NCBI RefSeq assembly: GCF_004010195.1
Contig: NC_057751.1
Coordinates: 6,126,598-6,190,597, forward strand
Reading direction: 5' to 3'
DNA from: Chiloscyllium plagiosum
Lineage: Eukaryota
Length of the DNA: 64,000 nucleotides
Position 1 is the first letter of the stretch. The number at the start of each line of letters is the position of its first letter. The translations under genes and the position numbers were made by a program. The notes beneath the pieces are model-generated. The model made no database searches, was not told where the DNA came from, and saw only the letters and a program-made list of their open reading frames with translations. Shown piece by piece: positions 39,040 to 52,100 of the stretch.

Positions 39040-39900
39040 GTATTCATTCTTGAAATGCGACTTTCACAGACAAGGTCAGCACTTTTTGCTCTTGAGAAGG
39101 TTATTCTGACCACCTTTATTGAATCACTGAAGTCCACGTTGTGAAGGTGTTGTTAGATAAAGTTTTCCAGGATGTTGGTAATGAAGAATTGATCATACAT
39201 GTACAAATAGGCCAGGATGTGTGACATGGAAAAGTAGATGGGCATGATTGTGTTCACGTGTGGCTGCCAGCTTTGTTTTTCAAGGTGACTGGCATCTTGG
39301 GTTTGCAGATGTTGCTGAAGAACCTTGAGCAGTTTGCTGTGATGGAACTCAAAGATAACTCACACCACAGCCACTGTATGTTATTCATAGAGGAAGTGCA
39401 TGCTGATGCATGGAGTACAATAAACTTGATTAACTTCTTCAGGATAATGTTCAGCTTCTTAGCTGTTTTTGCAGTTGAAGATAGTCTGACAAGCAGAGAT
39501 AACTGATGGCTGCCTTACAGGCGTGGAGAGAGGGTTGGAGGCAGTCAGAATGTGAGTCTTTCACTGCCGACTCCCAATCGCGAACATGTGCTGATAACCA
39601 GCCCATTTACTTGGTCAGTTCATTTGAATTTCTGATCAGTTTTGCTTACAGGTGATTTGGTGATAGTCATGCTGTTGAAAGCCAAAGGGAAGTGGTTAAA
39701 CTTTCTTTAGTTCAATAGTCATTACCCAGTATTTGTGTCACATATATAACACTTGGTCATTTCAGCACAGGCTTTACGAGATATTGCTGGCACACATAGG
39801 CATTAATTTCTCCTGTATTCAAGGAAAGCTGAATCTGCAGCCATTTTTAAATCTGGACTCATCAAACATGGAAGGCGTGTCAATGATGATGCTAAGAAGC
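39040..39900 (-). mobile_element. Old fragment of the 15745-type LINE
   Basis: Reverse complement collinear with 35800-36535. Confidence 0.55.
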
Positions 39901-40019
39901 TGCTCAGAAAAGCTGTAACTAATTGACGTGTTGGAACTCATGTTGTGGTTCAAAACCAGGCAGCATGCCTTTGGCTAACAAAAATCTCATGGCTCTCACC
40001 AGACAAGCACTCCACACAG

Positions 40020-40375
40020 GAGGCAATGGCGTCGTGGTATTGTCGCCAGACTACTAGTCCAGAGACCCAAGTGATATTCGGGGACCTGGATTCAAATCCT
40101 GCCACAGCAGATGGTGGAGTTTGAACTCAATAAAAAATCTGGAATTAAGAGTCAAATAAAGACTATGAAACTGTTGGCAATTGTCAGGAGAAAACCCATC
40201 TGGTTCGTTAATGCCCTTTAGGGAAGGAAACTGCCATCCTTACCAAGTCTGGCCTGCATGTGATTGCAGACTCACAGCAATGTGGTTGACTCTTAACTGC
40301 CCTCTGGGCAATTAGGGATGGACAATAAATGCTGGCTGAGCCAGTGATATACACATCCCATGAATGAATAATAAT
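40020..40375 (+). mobile_element. Full-length tRNA-derived SINE with LINE-derived tail
   Basis: A-box-like tggcgtcgtggt, B-box-like ggattcaaatcc; tail gggcaattagggatggacaataaatgctggc...catcccatgaatgaataataa matches the LINE tails at ~17330-17435 and ~36440-36535. Confidence 0.85.
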
Positions 40376-40619
40376 TAAACGAAACAACTTGCTTTCTCCT
40401 TGCTTCCAACATGGTTCTCAGAATCCCACCTCTCATGGACTCCTTTTGAAACCTTCACTGTGTTCCCATCTGACATGCCATCCTGCTCTCGTTCACCATC
40501 TCCTCTCCAGCACCACCTTCCCCAGTTCCACAAAATACCTAATTCTTCTGTACTGTTGGTTTCAGCTGTTGGTCACATATTCTCCTCTGATCATTAAGTC
40601 CCAGATTCAATTTCTACTC

Positions 40620-40968
40620 CTGGGCTTGTGCACACAAGTTGAGGCTGACACTCCAGTGCAGTACTGTTGAAGCCCTGCATTGTGAGAGGTGCCATCTTCC
40701 AGAAGAGACATGAAATGAAAGCCATGTCCCTGCTCAGATGAATATTAAAGAAAAGTACTCTATTTTGAAGAACAGCAAGGAACTTATGCTCAGTGTCCTG
40801 ACCAATATTTATCCCTCAATGACTATTGCAAAAAAAAAGACACATTTACCTGGTTGTCATCACATTGCTTTTTCTGAGGTTTTTGCTGAGCACAATTTAG
40901 CTGGCACACTTCCGATATTACACCATGGCTACACTTTAAAAGTCCTCCATTGGTTATCATGTGCTTTG
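40620..40968 (+). mobile_element. Deu-domain SINE (SacSINE1/AmnSINE1-like)
   Basis: gctgacactccagtgcagtactg...gtgtcctgaccaatatttatccctcaa...cacattgct...ctacactttaaaagt..tccattggtt..gtgctttg. Confidence 0.8.
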
Positions 40969-40969
40969 A

Positions 40970-41476
40970 ATTGAATTGAATTGCATTTATCGTCACGCAT
41001 ACTGAGGCACAATGAAAAGCTTTGCCTTGCAAGCAATACAGGCAGATCACAGAGTTAAGTATCATCGATAAGTAAATAACAGGTAAACAGCCGCAAAAAC
41101 CAAAACACAGGTACAGGCAAATGCTCAGGGTTTGTCAGTCCATTTGGGTTTCTAACAACAGTAGGATAGAAACTGTTTCAAAACCGGCTAGTGCATGTGT
41201 TCAGGCTTCTGTACCTTCTCCCTGATGGTAGAGGTTTTAGAAAAGCATTGCCAGGGTGGGTTGGATCTTTGAGAATGCTGGCGGCCTTTACTTGACAGCG
41301 GGCTTGGTAAATGGATTCTATAGATGGGAGGTTGGCCTTTGTGATTGCCCGGGCCGAATTCACCACTCTCTGTAACTGTCTCCGATCTTGAATGGTACAG
41401 TTGCCATACCAGGTAGTGACACATCCAGACAGAATGCTCTCGATAGTACACTATAAAAATTGGCAAGGGTATTCAC
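40970..41476 (-). mobile_element. Rex1/Babar-clade LINE, 5'-truncated, (ATTCA)n tail
   Basis: ORF 41178..41366 LPSIESIYQARC..KAASILKDPTHPG...LPSGRRYRS; TSD ctttga at 40964-40969 and 41477-41482; inserted in the Deu-SINE 3' end. Confidence 0.85.
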
Positions 41477-42739
41477 CTTTGAGACATAGGGTTGCCACAA
41501 AAGGTTCTGTACAAATAGTGGTTTTTCCTTTTTTTAATTGTTCACCACCCTTTGTATATTCCTGACAAAAATTTAATTTTCTTGTATTTGCAGTACCTCT
41601 TTGGAACCCTAATTGTCTGATTCTATCCCTGACACTGCAATGGTTTCCTTACTTGTTAGCTCACTTCACTTCCTCCCTCCACCTCGTCCGTCTCCCTCTG
41701 CCACTTTATGTCACTCTGCCATTCAATATTTTGGTCTTAATTTCAGCACAGAAGTTTTTGAATTTGAAGAAAATAACTTCCACCTGTGACACATAACGTT
41801 TCTTTTAAGCTTGTGCCATTTTCCAGTGCCAGCAATGGGCCAGTTATGATGTGTGTGGCTTTTGTGAAATGTTGCAGCAGCAGAGCTGCAAAGAGTGATG
41901 GAAATTGACTGACCGCAGACAGCTGAGTTGTTGCTCCAGCCTTGTTCAGCATCTGTCAGGGCAAGTAAAATTTGAAGTATTTTCATTATTTTGACAGCTT
42001 CATCAGAGTGAACAGATGTGACTGCTGACACATCTGACAAGTCCAAATCCCCACCAGGATATGAAAACATGGAAAGAAAGGACTAAGAGACAGCAAATGT
42101 CAGAATCAGTGGGTGACCTGTCTGAGGTGGATGGCATAATACAATTGCAGGTGAAGCTAAGTGCATCCCTTAATCAGGGTGAGGCTGCTGGCCCTTGTTA
42201 TTTGTTTGATGGCAAACTAAGGCACAGAACCAAAGTTCCCAGTGCCAAACGAGATCCAGACTGAAACGTGCTGCAAATTAGGGATAATATAAATGGAGGA
42301 AAGGGAGTTCGGTAACTTACTCCTTCAGAATAGGTAAGAAGTTGGATTTGTAGAAATGCAAACCCCATTGAGTATATTGGAAGCGCTCAAGGTGGAGTGA
42401 TGAGACTGCCAAACTGTGAGGAAATTATTGTGCAAGCTTTACCAAATGTTGTCTGAAGGAACTTGTTGGATGCAGACCAGAATAAAATTAGTATCATTTT
42501 TGATCTGAAGAGATGTTAATGGACTGCTGCATAAATTTGGGTTCGAGTTAAGGGGTTACCTTAGAATTAATGCAGAGTGACAATTCCAGTCAGTGGACTG
42601 CAATCCCTCATTTGCCACCTGTTCAGTAGAAAGGATTGCCCTTACATCCAAGATTTTCTGATGTTTGATAAAACAAGAGAGCTTTTTATTTATCTATGCA
42701 TTAACGGCCAAATAATAGATTTCAGTAATGTTGCCTCAA

Positions 42740-42990
42740 GGACAATAAAAGCCAAGGACATGGGGGGAATTACTGTGTTGGTTTTTAATTTGCAAGTGCC
42801 AGGGATCCTTGCTATCTCCCCGAAAGGGCAGGCAGAGCTTTGATTTAAAATCTGATATGACTGATTGTACCTTTACCATGACAGTCCTTCTTCAGTAACG
42901 CAGTGAAGGGTCAACCTAGATGGTACATGAACTATGGGATATTAATTCGTAAATTTCTAACTTGGGAGACAACAGTGCTACCAAGAGCTG
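42740..42990 (-). mobile_element. Decayed Deu-domain SINE
   Basis: gccaaggaca...agtgccagggatcctt...aaagggcaggcagag...cttcagtaacgcagtgaagggtcaacctagat resembles the reverse strand of 40620-40850. Confidence 0.55.
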
Positions 42991-43274
42991 GTACTGTGAG
43001 TACCAATCTCCTTTTGGAAATTTGGTTTGAATTCTGCTCTTTAGTGTTTTGAAATTAAATAGCCAAGGACAGAAGGACCATGCATTTATAATGCATCTTT
43101 GAGGACCTTAGCATCTTCCAAGTTTTACACAGCAAATCAATTACTTTTGACATATACTTATTGTGGTAAGGAAAAGAAAAATAGCCAACTTCCACATAGA
43201 AAGCTTCTATCAAGAACAGTGAGAAGAGTGGAATGTATAAGTTATCTTGAATAGCATCAAGGTGTAATATCGGT

Positions 43275-43543
43275 TTAGATTAGATTACTTACAGTGTGGA
43301 TACTGGCCCTTCGGCCAATAAGTCCACAGCGACCCGCCGAAGTGCAACACACCCAGACCCATTCCCCTAACACTACAGGCAATTTAGCATGGCCAATTCA
43401 CCTAACCTGCACATTTTTGGATTGTGGGAGGAAACCGAAGCACCCGGAGGAAACCCACGCAGACACGAGGAGAATGTGCAAACTCCACATACAGAGTCGC
43501 CTGAGGCGGGAATTGAACCCAGGTTTCTGGCGCTGTCAGACAG
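43275..43543 (-). mobile_element. HE1-type V-SINE
   Basis: V-domain (tgtggagtttgcacattctcc..gtgtctgcgtgggtttcctccgggtgc), B-box gggttcaattccc, CR1-like tail ending in (TCTAA)n. Confidence 0.9.
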
Positions 43544-43749
43544 TACAACTCTTTAGCTATTCTGTTAATGAGTGCTATAGGATCTTGATATTCAGTTTGG
43601 AAGGTGACTGCGATCTTGTTTTAGTATCTCATCTGAAATTTGATTTGGCATTTTTGATTATGTTTGATGAAAATGTGACTGGTTTAGCCACATTATTTCA
43701 TGCTTTAAATGTGGCATGAACTTTAAAAAAAACTTGGCTCCACGTGAGA

Positions 43750-44930
43750 GGAAAGTCTTGCTGGACAAATTTGATCAAATGTTTTGAGGTAACCAGGAAT
43801 ATTGATGAGTGTAATGCATTTGATGTGGTTTACATGGATGTTGGTGAAGCTTTTACTAGGTCCCTCATGGCAGACTAGTCAAGAATTTAAAACCTCATCC
43901 GATTCCAAGCGAAGTGGCATATTGCTTCCTGCCTCTAAGTTTGAATTTAGAGGTGATGTCAGATGTATGTTTCTGTGAGTAGATGCCTGTTTTCAATTGT
44001 TTTCCAGGGTTTGAAACTGGGTCTTCGCTGTACTTTAATGATTTTGACTTAATTATCGGGGGAATATGTTCAAGAGACTAGCAGATAACAAAAATGTTTC
44101 AGGTGGTAAATAGGAGGATAGCTGTAAATTGTAGGGGGTTACCAATGGACATGTCACATGGGTACAGCAGTGGAAAATAGAATTCAACCTGGAATAATGT
44201 GAGGTAGTGCACTTGGGGAGGACTAACAAGACAAGGGATAACACAGTGAATGATAAAATACTGGAAGGGCTGAGTATCAAATCTTGGTGTGCTTACATAA
44301 GGTAACAGGGCAGCTGGATAAAATGGTTCAGAAGGCAAATTAAATACTTGCCTTCATTAGTTCAGAGAAAAAATATAAGAGGAGTTTATGATGGAACTGT
44401 GTAAAATGCTTGTTGTGTCACAGTTGGAGTACTGAATGCAGTTCTGGTCACCACATTATCAGGAGGATGTCATTGCATCAGAGAACATGCCAGGAAATTT
44501 ATAGGATGCTGATGAAGGGTCACTCGACCCAAAATGGGACAATAACCAGGGAACATAGATTTGAAGTCAAAGGTAGAAAGCTAATAGGTTAAGGAGAAGT
44601 TCTTGTTTTACCCAGAGTGGTGACAATCTGGAACTCACTGCCTGAAGAGGTGATTCAGTGATAAACTCGTGTTAGATTTAAGCAATATATTCTCCCCACC
44701 CCCACCCTCCTCTAGCTTATCTCTCCACGCTTCAGGCTCTCTGCCTTTATTCCTGATGAAGGGCTTCATCCCAAAACGTCGATTTTGCTGCTCGTCGGAT
44801 GCTGCCTGAATTGCTGTGCTCTTCCAGCACCACTGATCCAGAATCTGGTTTCCAGCATCTGCAGTCATTGTTTTTACCTCTTAAGCAATATATAGCTGAT
44901 CAAGGTTTACCATACAAGACGTTAAACTGG
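43750..44930 (+). mobile_element. Old CR1 RT/3' fragment with internal deletions
   Basis: FDVVYMD..KAF, WKIEFNLE.CEVVHLG and QFWSPHY motifs in decayed frames. Confidence 0.7.
44691..44880 (+). mobile_element. PLE-derived element with decayed hammerhead, perfect 13-bp TSD
   Basis: ctgatgaagggcttcatcccaaaacgtc; TSD ttaagcaatatat at 44678-44690 and 44881-44893. Confidence 0.85.
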
Positions 44931-44934
44931 AAAT

Positions 44935-46526
44935 GCATAAGCATGGATAAATCCCCAGGACTTGATCAGGTGTACCTTAGAACTCTGTGGAAAGCTCGGG
45001 AAGTGATTGCTGGGCGTCTTACTGAGGTATTTGTATCATCAACAGTCACAGATGAGGTGCTGGAAGACTGGAGGTTGGTTAATGTGGTGCCATTATTTAA
45101 GAAAGGTGCTAAGCCAGGGAACTATAGACCGGTGAGCCTGACATCGGTGGTGGGCAACTTGTTGGAGGGAATCCTGAGGGACAGGATGTACATGTATTTG
45201 GAAAGGCAAGGACTGATTAGGGATAGTCAACATGGCTTTGTGCGTGGGAAATCATATCTCACAAACTTGATTGTATTTTTGAAGAAGTAACAAAGAGGAT
45301 TGATGAGGGCAGAGCGGTGGCTGTGATCCATATTGACTTCAGTAAGGCGTTCAACAAGGTTCCCCATGGGAGACTGGTGAGCAAGGTTAGATCTCATGGT
45401 AGATCTCATGGAATACAGGGAGAACTAGCCATTTGGATGCAGAACTGGCTCAAAGGTAGAAGATTGAGGGTAGTGGTGGAAGATTGATTTTCAGACTGGA
45501 GGCCTGTGACCAGTGGAGTGCCACAAGGATCGGTGCTGGGTTAACTACTTTTCGTCATTTATCTAAATGATTTGGATATGAGCATAAGAGGTACAGTTAG
45601 TAAGTTTGCAGATAATGCCAAAATCGGAGGTGTAGTGGACAGTGAAGAAGGGTACCTCAGATTACAACAGGATCTTGATCAGATGGGCCAATGGGCTGAG
45701 GAGTGGCAGATGGAGATTAATTTAGATAAATGCCAAGTGCTGCATTTTGGGAAAGCTAATCTTAGCAGGACTTATACACTTAATTGTAAGGTCTGAGGGA
45801 GTGTTGCTGAACAAAGAGACCTTGGAGTGCAGGTTCATAGCTCCTTGAAAGTGGAGTCACAGGTACAAAGGATAGTGAAGAAGGCGCTTGGTATGCTTTC
45901 CTTTATTGGTCACAGTATTGAGTACAGGAGTTGGGAGGTCATGTTATAGCTGTACAGGACATTGATTAGGTCATTTTTGGAATATTGCATGCAGTTCTGG
46001 TCTCCTTCCTATCGGAAGGGCGTTGTGAAACTTGAAAGGGTTCAGAAAAGATTTACAAGGATGTTGGCAGGGTTGGAGGACTTGAGCTATAGGGCAAGGT
46101 TGAATAGGCTGGGGCTGTTTTCCCTGGAGAGTCAAAGACTGAGGGGTGACCTTATAGAGGTTTATAAAATCATGAGAGGCATGGATAGGGTAAATAGACA
46201 AAGTCTTTTCCCTGAAGTGGGGGAGTCCAGAACGAGAGGGCATCGGTTTAGGGTGAGAGGGGAAAGATATAAAAGAGACCTGAGGGGCAAGTTTTTTATG
46301 CAGAGGGTGGTGCGTGTGTGGAATGGACTGCCAGAGGAAGTGGTGGAGGCTGGTACAATTACAGCATTTAAAAGAAAACTGGATGGGTATATGAATAGGA
46401 AGGGCTTGGAGGGATATGGGCTGGGTGGTGGCAGATGAGACTAAATTGGGATAGAATATCTGGTCGGCATGGACGAGTTGGACCAAAGGGCATATTTCCA
46501 TGCTGTACATCTCTATGACTCTGTGA
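44935..46526 (+). mobile_element. Relatively young 5'-truncated CR1 LINE (HER1-like): RT domain and 3' end
   Basis: KSPGLD...NVVPLFKKG..PGNYRPVSLTSVVG...SQHGFVRGKS; SKFADNAK; LEYCMQFWSP...; tail ctctatgactctgtga; a few stops/frameshifts. Confidence 0.95.
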
Positions 46527-48031
46527 AATCTTTCATTGACATTGATCTCCCTTTCATTTCTCACTCCTTCAAGTTCTTTCCCTCCCTCACTTCCCTGACA
46601 ATTGCTCATCCCTCAGCAACTATCCAAGTGTGAAGATTTGGTAATATGATTTATTTGGAAATGTCAAAGCTGCTTCACTTGTCAACTGATCAATGCCCCA
46701 GTCACTGTGGCAACAGCTCCAGGTCGATCACGCCCTCCCTTTAGGGGTTGATAGTATGCCTTTGAACAACTCGGTGCAAGGGTGTAATTACTGGAGGACA
46801 ATAGGATTGGAGACTGAGTGGTTTTCATTCTTTCCCCTGCCTCAGGTGGGATATGGGCTTGTGGGGCGGGGTGCAAGCTGACAAAGCACGAAAAGTACAC
46901 TGTAGGTGAAGATTACTGCTGAGCATTTCTAAAGGAGAATCCATCGAGTGAAACAGCATGAAGTAAGCATCTTAAATGCAGTCTTGCTGAGCTACAGGAA
47001 ACCAGAAATTGTTCACGCCATCAGCCACCTCATTATTTGAGGAATCTTAGACAAAGGCAGTGTGTGAGTTAATAAGGTTCAAGACTTTCACAGATTCACG
47101 TTGTGTTGCCTTCCAGTGGCCACTGTATTCAAAATTATCAAATGAGCTTTTCAGGCAGTTCAAACCAATGTGTAATCGGGAATAAACAAAAGTTGTCCCA
47201 AACCTTGATCTGTGGCCTGGCCAGAATGACCAGATTTTCAAAAGTGAAAACCAAGACACGTTAAAGTCATGGAACACAAAGCTCTGTGCTGATTGACATG
47301 TTGGGCACTGAATGGCAGGAGTCTGGGGACAAGTGAATGAAAGTTGGATATCATGTAATGACATCTGCCAGATTATGTCTAGCTACAGCTGTCAATTCTA
47401 TTCAGCAGGTCATTTAAAAGGCACAATTAGCAATGGAGCCACTAAATTCATGTTTGACGGAGTGGGATACAGGTATTCTTTGTGTGGTACAGTGCAATTA
47501 AATGAGTGCTTATTCTGTATTTGTCAGAAAGGGAAAAGATAAAAACACAGACATGCAAATTATTTGTTGGAAATTGTACGGTCACTCAAACATTTCATGA
47601 AAGATTTGGGCTGTCATGACTGATAGCCCAACAGTTGTCCAGATTGGGATTTCTGCTCACCCTGGGCTGAACGATGCAAATCCTCAGGAGGAATTGACTT
47701 CAATACTCAATAGATTTCCCAGTGAAGATGATAGACGTGGTCATACATTTTGGTTGGCATGGACCAGTTTGGGCCAAAGGACCTGTCTCTTTGCTGTAGG
47801 ACTCTATGGCTTTACTGGGAGTCTTTCCCTCTGGGTATCACTGCTGTTTTTAAGATGCCTCTTCAAGGGTACCTCTTGCACCATGCATTTGGTACACCTG
47901 TCCTAATATCGCCTTTGGTCCCCTGTTAAATTGTTTGCCTGATACTTACCCAATGAAGCATGTTGAAGTGTTCAACACATTAAAGTTTTGCATAAATCCA
48001 AGGAATTCTAGTTGTTAAACTGGGTGCTCCA

Positions 48032-49072
48032 TCTGGCAGAATAATAACCGGTTATGTGAGGTCTGGGAGCAAGAGCTAGGAGTGGAGATCTCTTCTGAAA
48101 CATGGGAGAACATATGGGAGAATACTCGAAAGATCTCAATCTGTAATAGGACATGCGCTACGCAGTTAAAAGTTCTGCACAGGGTTCATCTAGCACCAGA
48201 CCGTCTGGCGAAGTTTAAAAAAGGGGCATCTTCAGTGTGTCCCAAATGTAAAATAAGTGTAGGTACTCTTACCCATTGTTTTTGGACATGCCACAGGCTC
48301 TGTGTTTATTGGAGCACCATGGCAGGAGAGATAGGGAGAGTATTGAGGCCTGAAGTCAAAGTAGACCCGATATCTCTCCTCTTAGGTCTACCTAATTTAC
48401 CATCTTTAGACAGGCATGTGAAGAAACTATTTAATATTCTTGCATACTGTGCACGGAAGAATATTCTGATGAACTGGGTGACTGAGAACCCACCAGACTT
48501 GCTGGGATGGCAGAAATTAATTATGGAGCACATTCCCTTGGACTTTTTTATAAACATGGTGCACCACACAACAGACCATTTTTATAAGACATGGCAACCC
48601 TACTTGAATTATTTGGATATAGATTTGTCAATTATCTTAACTAGGGCATTTGTTTAACCAGGATGGTTAGGTTTGTCAAGCCCTGGGCCCTGGAGGAACC
48701 AGGATGGTTAGGTTTGTCAAGCCCTGGGCCCTGGAGGGAGTCTCCTGAGTTAATATAGGTATATATACAATGCTCCTCTGTTTGGGAGCTTTGCACCGAG
48801 CATGGCTGTTTTGTCGTCTTTTTTTTTTGTTTCTTTTTTTTTGCTTTTCTTTTTTTTTGATCGATTATTTATTTATTAATGGTATTCCTTTGCACAGTGT
48901 TAGGGTTTATTTTGTATTATAGGGTAGATTAGTAGTTAGTAGACAGTAGTTGTATTGTAATTTGTGGGTTTTTTTCTTTTTATTATACTGATATTTGTTA
49001 TTGATTGTATTTTTTCAATAATTTTATATGTTTGTAAAGTTAAAAAATTGCTAATAAATATATTTACAAAAA
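48032..49072 (+). mobile_element. L1/Tx1-clade LINE, 5'-truncated, with C-terminal zinc knuckle, 3' UTR, polyA and 15-bp TSD
   Basis: ORF 48082..48657 (QLKVLHR...CPKC....GTLTHCFWTC); AATAAA 49053-49058, A-tail; TSD aaactgggtgctcca at 48017-48031 and 49073-49087; TT/AAA target. Confidence 0.92.
48656..48737 (+). repeat. Perfect 41-bp tandem duplication at the L1 stop codon/3' UTR start
   Basis: aaccaggatggttaggtttgtcaagccctgggccctggagg x2. Confidence 0.95.
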
Positions 49073-50079
49073 AAACTGGGTGCTCCACATCAGGAATTGG
49101 GCTCGGATTCTATTATTTCTCCCCCCCTTTCTTGTTGGTGTATTTCCAGCCTTTCATGTTGTTGTCTGCCCATTATAGGCAATAATTTCTGTATCCTGGC
49201 CTGAAGGATACCTTACCCTCAGCACAATGCTCTGAAGTGGATGTCCCGATTGTTGCAATCAGGGAAATTGATTTCAAAGCCGCAGTGACTTACATATTTG
49301 CTTCTTACTTTTCTTTAGTTCTTTAGGCACTCAGGTTTTCATGAGCTTTTTGTTATGACAAGTATTTTTGCATACAGCAGTAGTACTCTGGTCAATGAGT
49401 TTGTTACTGTGAATTCTTCTTGTCTGAGGCATCCAAATGAACAAAATGAAGGTGACCAGTGTAGAGATATCTGATACAAAGGATGATCTAGCCACACTTA
49501 GGGGATGTATGGTCCCACATCTGCTTGTACATTATCAATTTTCATTACCTTTATCTAAAACTTTTACAAATGAAGACATATTTCACTTCAGATACATAAG
49601 TGCAGATTGTAAGTGCACAGAGAAGCTCTTTTTCCCTTAAGCAAGCTGGGACAAGGGAACTGATGGCATAATAAGATATGAAAAAATGCCAAACTGTAAT
49701 GTTCCTTGCAAATGCTGCAATGCCATGTATTCAGTGAGTGAGCATGATAAATAGCCAGTTATAAACTGATTATCTGCATCAACCAAGGTGCTACAGACAT
49801 CTCTGCAAAACTTGTTACGTGGAAAGCTATAATCACAGAGCATGTGTTTGTCCATGTGATAACCACAGCAGGCACGTCTGCAGAGTGATCCATGAACTGC
49901 AAATTTTTATTACTCATTTTTTCACACCTGTTATTTACTTCAAGATTATCTTACTGAAATGGAAGGGGTGTTTGTAACTTGAAGTCAGAATTCAGTAGAT
50001 GTGGCAACATCTGTGGTTGAATAGCTGGAGATTTGCTAGAGTTTAGCTGGAAAAGTTGGATGTCATGGTGTTGGAGGAT

Positions 50080-51040
50080 ATAGAGTCATAGAGATGTACA
50101 GCACGGAATCAGACCCTTCAGTCCAACCCGTCCATGCCAACCAGATATCCCAATCCAATCTAGTTCCACCTGCCGGCACCTGGTCCATATCCCTCCAAAC
50201 CCTTCCTATTCACATACCCATCCAAATGCCTTTTAAATGTTGCAATTGTACCAGCCTCCACCACTTCTTCTGGCAGCTCATTCCATACACATACCACCCT
50301 CTGAGTGAAAATGTTGCCTGTTAGGTCTCTTATATCTTTCCCCTCTCACCCTAAACCTATGCCTTCTAGTTGTGGACTGCCCCACCCATGGGAAAATACT
50401 TTGTCTATTTATCCTACCCATGCCCCTCATGATTTTATAAACCTCTATAAGGTCATCCCTCAGCCTCTGACACTCCAGGGAAAACAGCCCTAGCCTGTTT
50501 AGCCTCTCCCTATAGCTCAAATCCTCCAACCCTGGCAACATCCTTGTAAATCTTTTCTGAACTCTTTCAAGTTTCACAACGCCCTTCCGATGGGAAGGAG
50601 ACCAGAACTGCATGCAATATTCCAAAAGTGGCCTAACCAATGCCTTGTACAGCTGAAACATGACCTCCCAACTCCTGTACCCAATACTCTGAACAATAAA
50701 GGAAAGCATGCCAAACGCCACCTTCACTATCCTATCTACCTGCAACTTCACTTTCAAGGAGCTAGGAACCTGAACTCCAAGGTCTCTTTGTTCAGCAACA
50801 CTCCCTCGGACCTTACCATTAAGTGTATAAGTCCTGTCCTGATTTGCCTTTCCAAAATGCAGCACCTCAAACTTACCTAAATTAAACTCCATTTGTCTCT
50901 TAGCCCATTGGCCATCTGATCAAGATCCCATTGTAATCCGAGGTACCCTTCTTTGCTATCCACTACACCTCCAATTTTGGTGTCATCAGCAAACTTACTA
51001 ACTATACCTCTTATGCTCACATTCAAATCATTTATATAAT
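50080..51040 (-). mobile_element. Young CR1 LINE 3' fragment (same subfamily as 44935-46526), inserted in an older CR1
   Basis: ORF 50278..50892; tail tagagtcatagaga; host CR1 begins ~50050 and resumes ~51045. Confidence 0.95.
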
Positions 51041-51044
51041 TACA

Positions 51045-52100
51045 TATATTGATGTGGATAGGGAATTGGTCAGTGGGGATAAGGATTTCATTTTCATGTT
51101 GGCAACTTGAAGTCAGTTGGGTTTCTAGTGGTGGGACTGCAACTGTTTACAATATACATTAATGCCTTGGAGGAATGTAGTTAATGTACTGTCATCAAAT
51201 TTGCAGACAACAGAAAAGTAGGTGGAAAGGCAAGTCTTGAGAGCAATACAAATAGTCACAAAGAGATAGTGACAGGTTAAATCACTAGGCAAAGAGTTGC
51301 CAGCACAGTATAATATGGAAAAACATGAAGTTGGAAGGGAGAACAAAAGAACAGTACTATTTAAATTGAGAAAAAACTGCAGAATGGTGCATCAAAAAAG
51401 GACTTCGGGCCTCTTGTTCATGAAACACAGAAAGGTGGCATGCAGGTGCAGTGGGTAATCAGGACGGCTAATGGAATGTTGGCCCTTACTTGAAGGGGGT
51501 TGGAGTATAAGTGTAGGCAGGTTTTACTGCTACTGTACAAGGTCCTGGGAAGACCACATCTGGAGCACTATGAGCAATTTTGATTCTCTTATTTAAATAA
51601 AGATAACATTTCATTGGAGGCAATTCAGAGAAGGTTCACTCGGATGATCCGTGGTATGGGGAAATTGTCTTGTGAGCAAAGGCTAAACAGATGGGCACTC
51701 GACTCACTGTAGTTTAGAAGAATGAGAGATGATCTCATGGAAACATATAGGATGCTTCAGGGGGTAAATTCTGAGAGAATGTTTCTTCGCCTGAGAGAGG
51801 CGCCAGAGGGCATAGTCTCAGAATAGAGGGTTGCCAATTTAAGGCTGAGTTGAGGAAGAATTTCTTCTCTCAGAGGGTTGTGAATTTTTGAAACACCTTG
51901 CCACGAAGAGCTGAGTGGGCAGAGTCCTTGTGCATATTTAAGGCTGAGAGAAATAGTTTCATGACCAGTCAGGGAATCAAGGATGACAGGAAAAGGGCAG
52001 GAAAGTGAACATGAGGAATGTTAGATCAGCCACGATCCTATTGAAAGGTGGAGCAGGCTTTAGGGGCCGAATGGCCTATTCCTGTTCCATTTTTATTGGT
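51045..52100 (+). mobile_element. Older CR1 LINE RT/3' fragment
   Basis: tcaaatttgcagacaacagaaaa (SKFAD-like), agaccacatctggagcactatgagcaatttt, typical 3' UTR. Confidence 0.8.

Noticed and set aside
45389..45412. 12-bp tandem duplication tagatctcatgg in CR1
   Set aside because: Ordinary slippage-type duplication in a dead element.
45971..46609. 212-aa minus-strand ORF (longest in the window)
   Set aside because: Antisense shadow frame of the CR1 3' region.
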